From: Hyaloraphidium curvatum SAG 235-1
Lineage: Eukaryota > Fungi > Monoblepharomycota
Length of the DNA: 64,000 bases
Assembly: GCA_025558095.1 (NCBI GenBank)
Contig: JAIVFI010000032.1
Location: forward strand, 496,001-560,000
Direction: 5' to 3'
In this document: positions 62,582 to 64,000 of the stretch, one piece after another
How the letters are laid out: each line of letters opens with the position of its first letter
Position numbering within the stretch: position 1 is the first letter of the stretch
Position numbers and translations under genes: made by a program
Notes under the pieces: model-generated
What the model was told of the DNA's origin: nothing
The model's database searches: none
Seen by the model: the letters and a program-made list of their open reading frames with translations, nothing else

Positions 62582-63631
62582 GTCGATACCGGCGGAGTGG
62601 GAGTGCGACGGAGCGGTGCGGAGGCGAAGAGATGAACGTCCCTGGGCCGCGGCCGGCAATCCGCCGTTCAGCCAGGTCGGAGGGATACTCCGCGCCTGCT
62701 CGGGAGCGCGTAAGTCCGCCGATTAGAGCCACTGGTACTCGGGATGAACTCGTCAAGACGTGCTCCATCTGGGTGGCCTTGACCTTTGTTCGTGCCGCGC
62801 TCGCATGTGCCGAGTCGGCGATCCCCCGCCCGCATCCCACCCGATCTCATCATCTGTCGGTCGGGGCTGGACGGCTCTGGAAGCGAGGGCACACTCAATC
62901 GCCCGGATACGTGCAGCCATGTATCCGGCATCGCGGAGGCCGGCACTTTGCTGTTCTTCAGGTCCTTTCCCGAGGACCAGTCCCCTCGGCTCTCGAGGGA
63001 TCACAGCCAGGGGGCAGCAGCAGGTTCAAAACGACAGCAGTCGTTCACCTTTGGTGCAATTCGGGGACAATTGAGCAGTATACCGAGCTAGCCGATCGAC
63101 TTTCGACCGGACCCCCTCCCGCCTTCAGCAGCCGCGGCAACTCTGGCATCTGGCTGGCCGCCGTACCGTAAAGGTGGAGCACCTCCGATTTCACAATGGA
63201 GACAGTGACCCGCCTCCAGTGGACAATGGTCCTCTCGGCCAAAAGACCCGCGGTCGGCTTGGACCCGTTGCAGCAGCTTTGATTTCTTCCCAATGATCGT
63301 TCGCCCGGCACGCGCATCCCCATTGCAAGGATCACACGGCAAGGAATGGGACGTGGGAGGTTCGATGGCCCGATTCACATCTCCCCTTGTCCTTTTGAGG
63401 CCTTGCGGGCTGGCAAGCCCCGGAAGACGAGGCGGCGATTTGGTCTGTCTGGTCTGGTCTACTCTGGTCTTTCCGTGGGCGTCGCAATACACGAGATACA
63501 TCGATGCCACTAGGTTATCGCGCCAAAGTGCTTGTGTCCGCCGTCAATTCCTTTCCGTGAAGTCCACTTCGCCATCGCCGCTTGGCGATTCAGAGCTCCG
63601 GATTGGGGTTCTTCTCGCGCACCTTCAGGGC

Positions 63632-64000
63632 TTAAGCCACGAAGGACGCTACCCATCTCCAGATCCGGGGAGGCAGGCGTTCATCCTCCAGCATTGTCGA
63701 AGGATCCTGGCACGTCGTCTTGAACAGGGGGGGGGACCAAGTGCGCCCCGCCGTCGCTAGGCGGTCGACGAGGACCGCCCGCAAAGCATCCACGTGCGTG
63801 CACTCGAAGAGCAGGTGCAGCTCGTCGTCCACGACACGCTCATCCGTGCCACCAATCCTCCATCCACAATTGCATACTCGCTTGCATCGGCACAGCGGAG
63901 CCGCGGAGCCGTCGGGGTGTCGTTCGCGCCGACCATCTCTGCTGTGTGATCGCGCTATCGTTTTCACGGCGCGTAGCGCGCGCCTTTCGCCGCTTCGAAG
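63632..64000 (-). mobile_element. Second LINE-like remnant (C-terminal zinc-knuckle region), continues beyond the window
   Basis: RVCNCG...VDDELHLLFECTHVDALR matches the DDELHLLFNC motif at ~2480. Confidence 0.65.

Noticed and set aside
62800-63630. ORFs beside the terminal LINE remnant as Fanzor/transposase
   Set aside because: No RuvC, DDE or TIR signatures seen

Overview
GC-rich eukaryotic genomic DNA, not prokaryotic. Most genes carry short (~50-70 nt) GT-AG spliceosomal introns with CTGAC/CTAAC branch sites, so many ORF-track entries are fragments or GC-driven shadow ORFs. Hevein/CBM18 chitin-binding proteins, a SERCA-type pump and the intron style suggest an early-diverging zoosporic fungus, possibly Monoblepharidomycota-like (inference). 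About 30 genes were assembled by eye. Housekeeping-type genes: fumarase, SERCA Ca-ATPase, CaMK1-like kinase, UspA, sterol desaturase, BVMO. Also present are many intronless bacterial-looking genes (GNAT, PNPOx-like, SGNH/CE2, amine oxidase, DUF1697, NeuD/PglD-like acetyltransferase, CaiB CoA-transferase, a phage/giant-virus-like gene), two LINE remnants and three local inverted duplications. Most notable: (i) a three-member secreted family with a shared Cys-rich pro-module ending in LY(K/R)RY fused to interchangeable C-terminal domains; (ii) a large secreted protein of triplicated, intronised bacterial Gloeo_Verruco (GloVer) propeller repeats with a GH17-like tail; (iii) a signal-peptide-bearing protein kinase with no TM segment; (iv) two paralogous multi-pass membrane genes with a gustatory-receptor/DUF3537-like C-terminus; (v) a 69-aa, 12-Cys protein that needs a 4-nt microexon. 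All family assignments come from motif recognition, with no database search.
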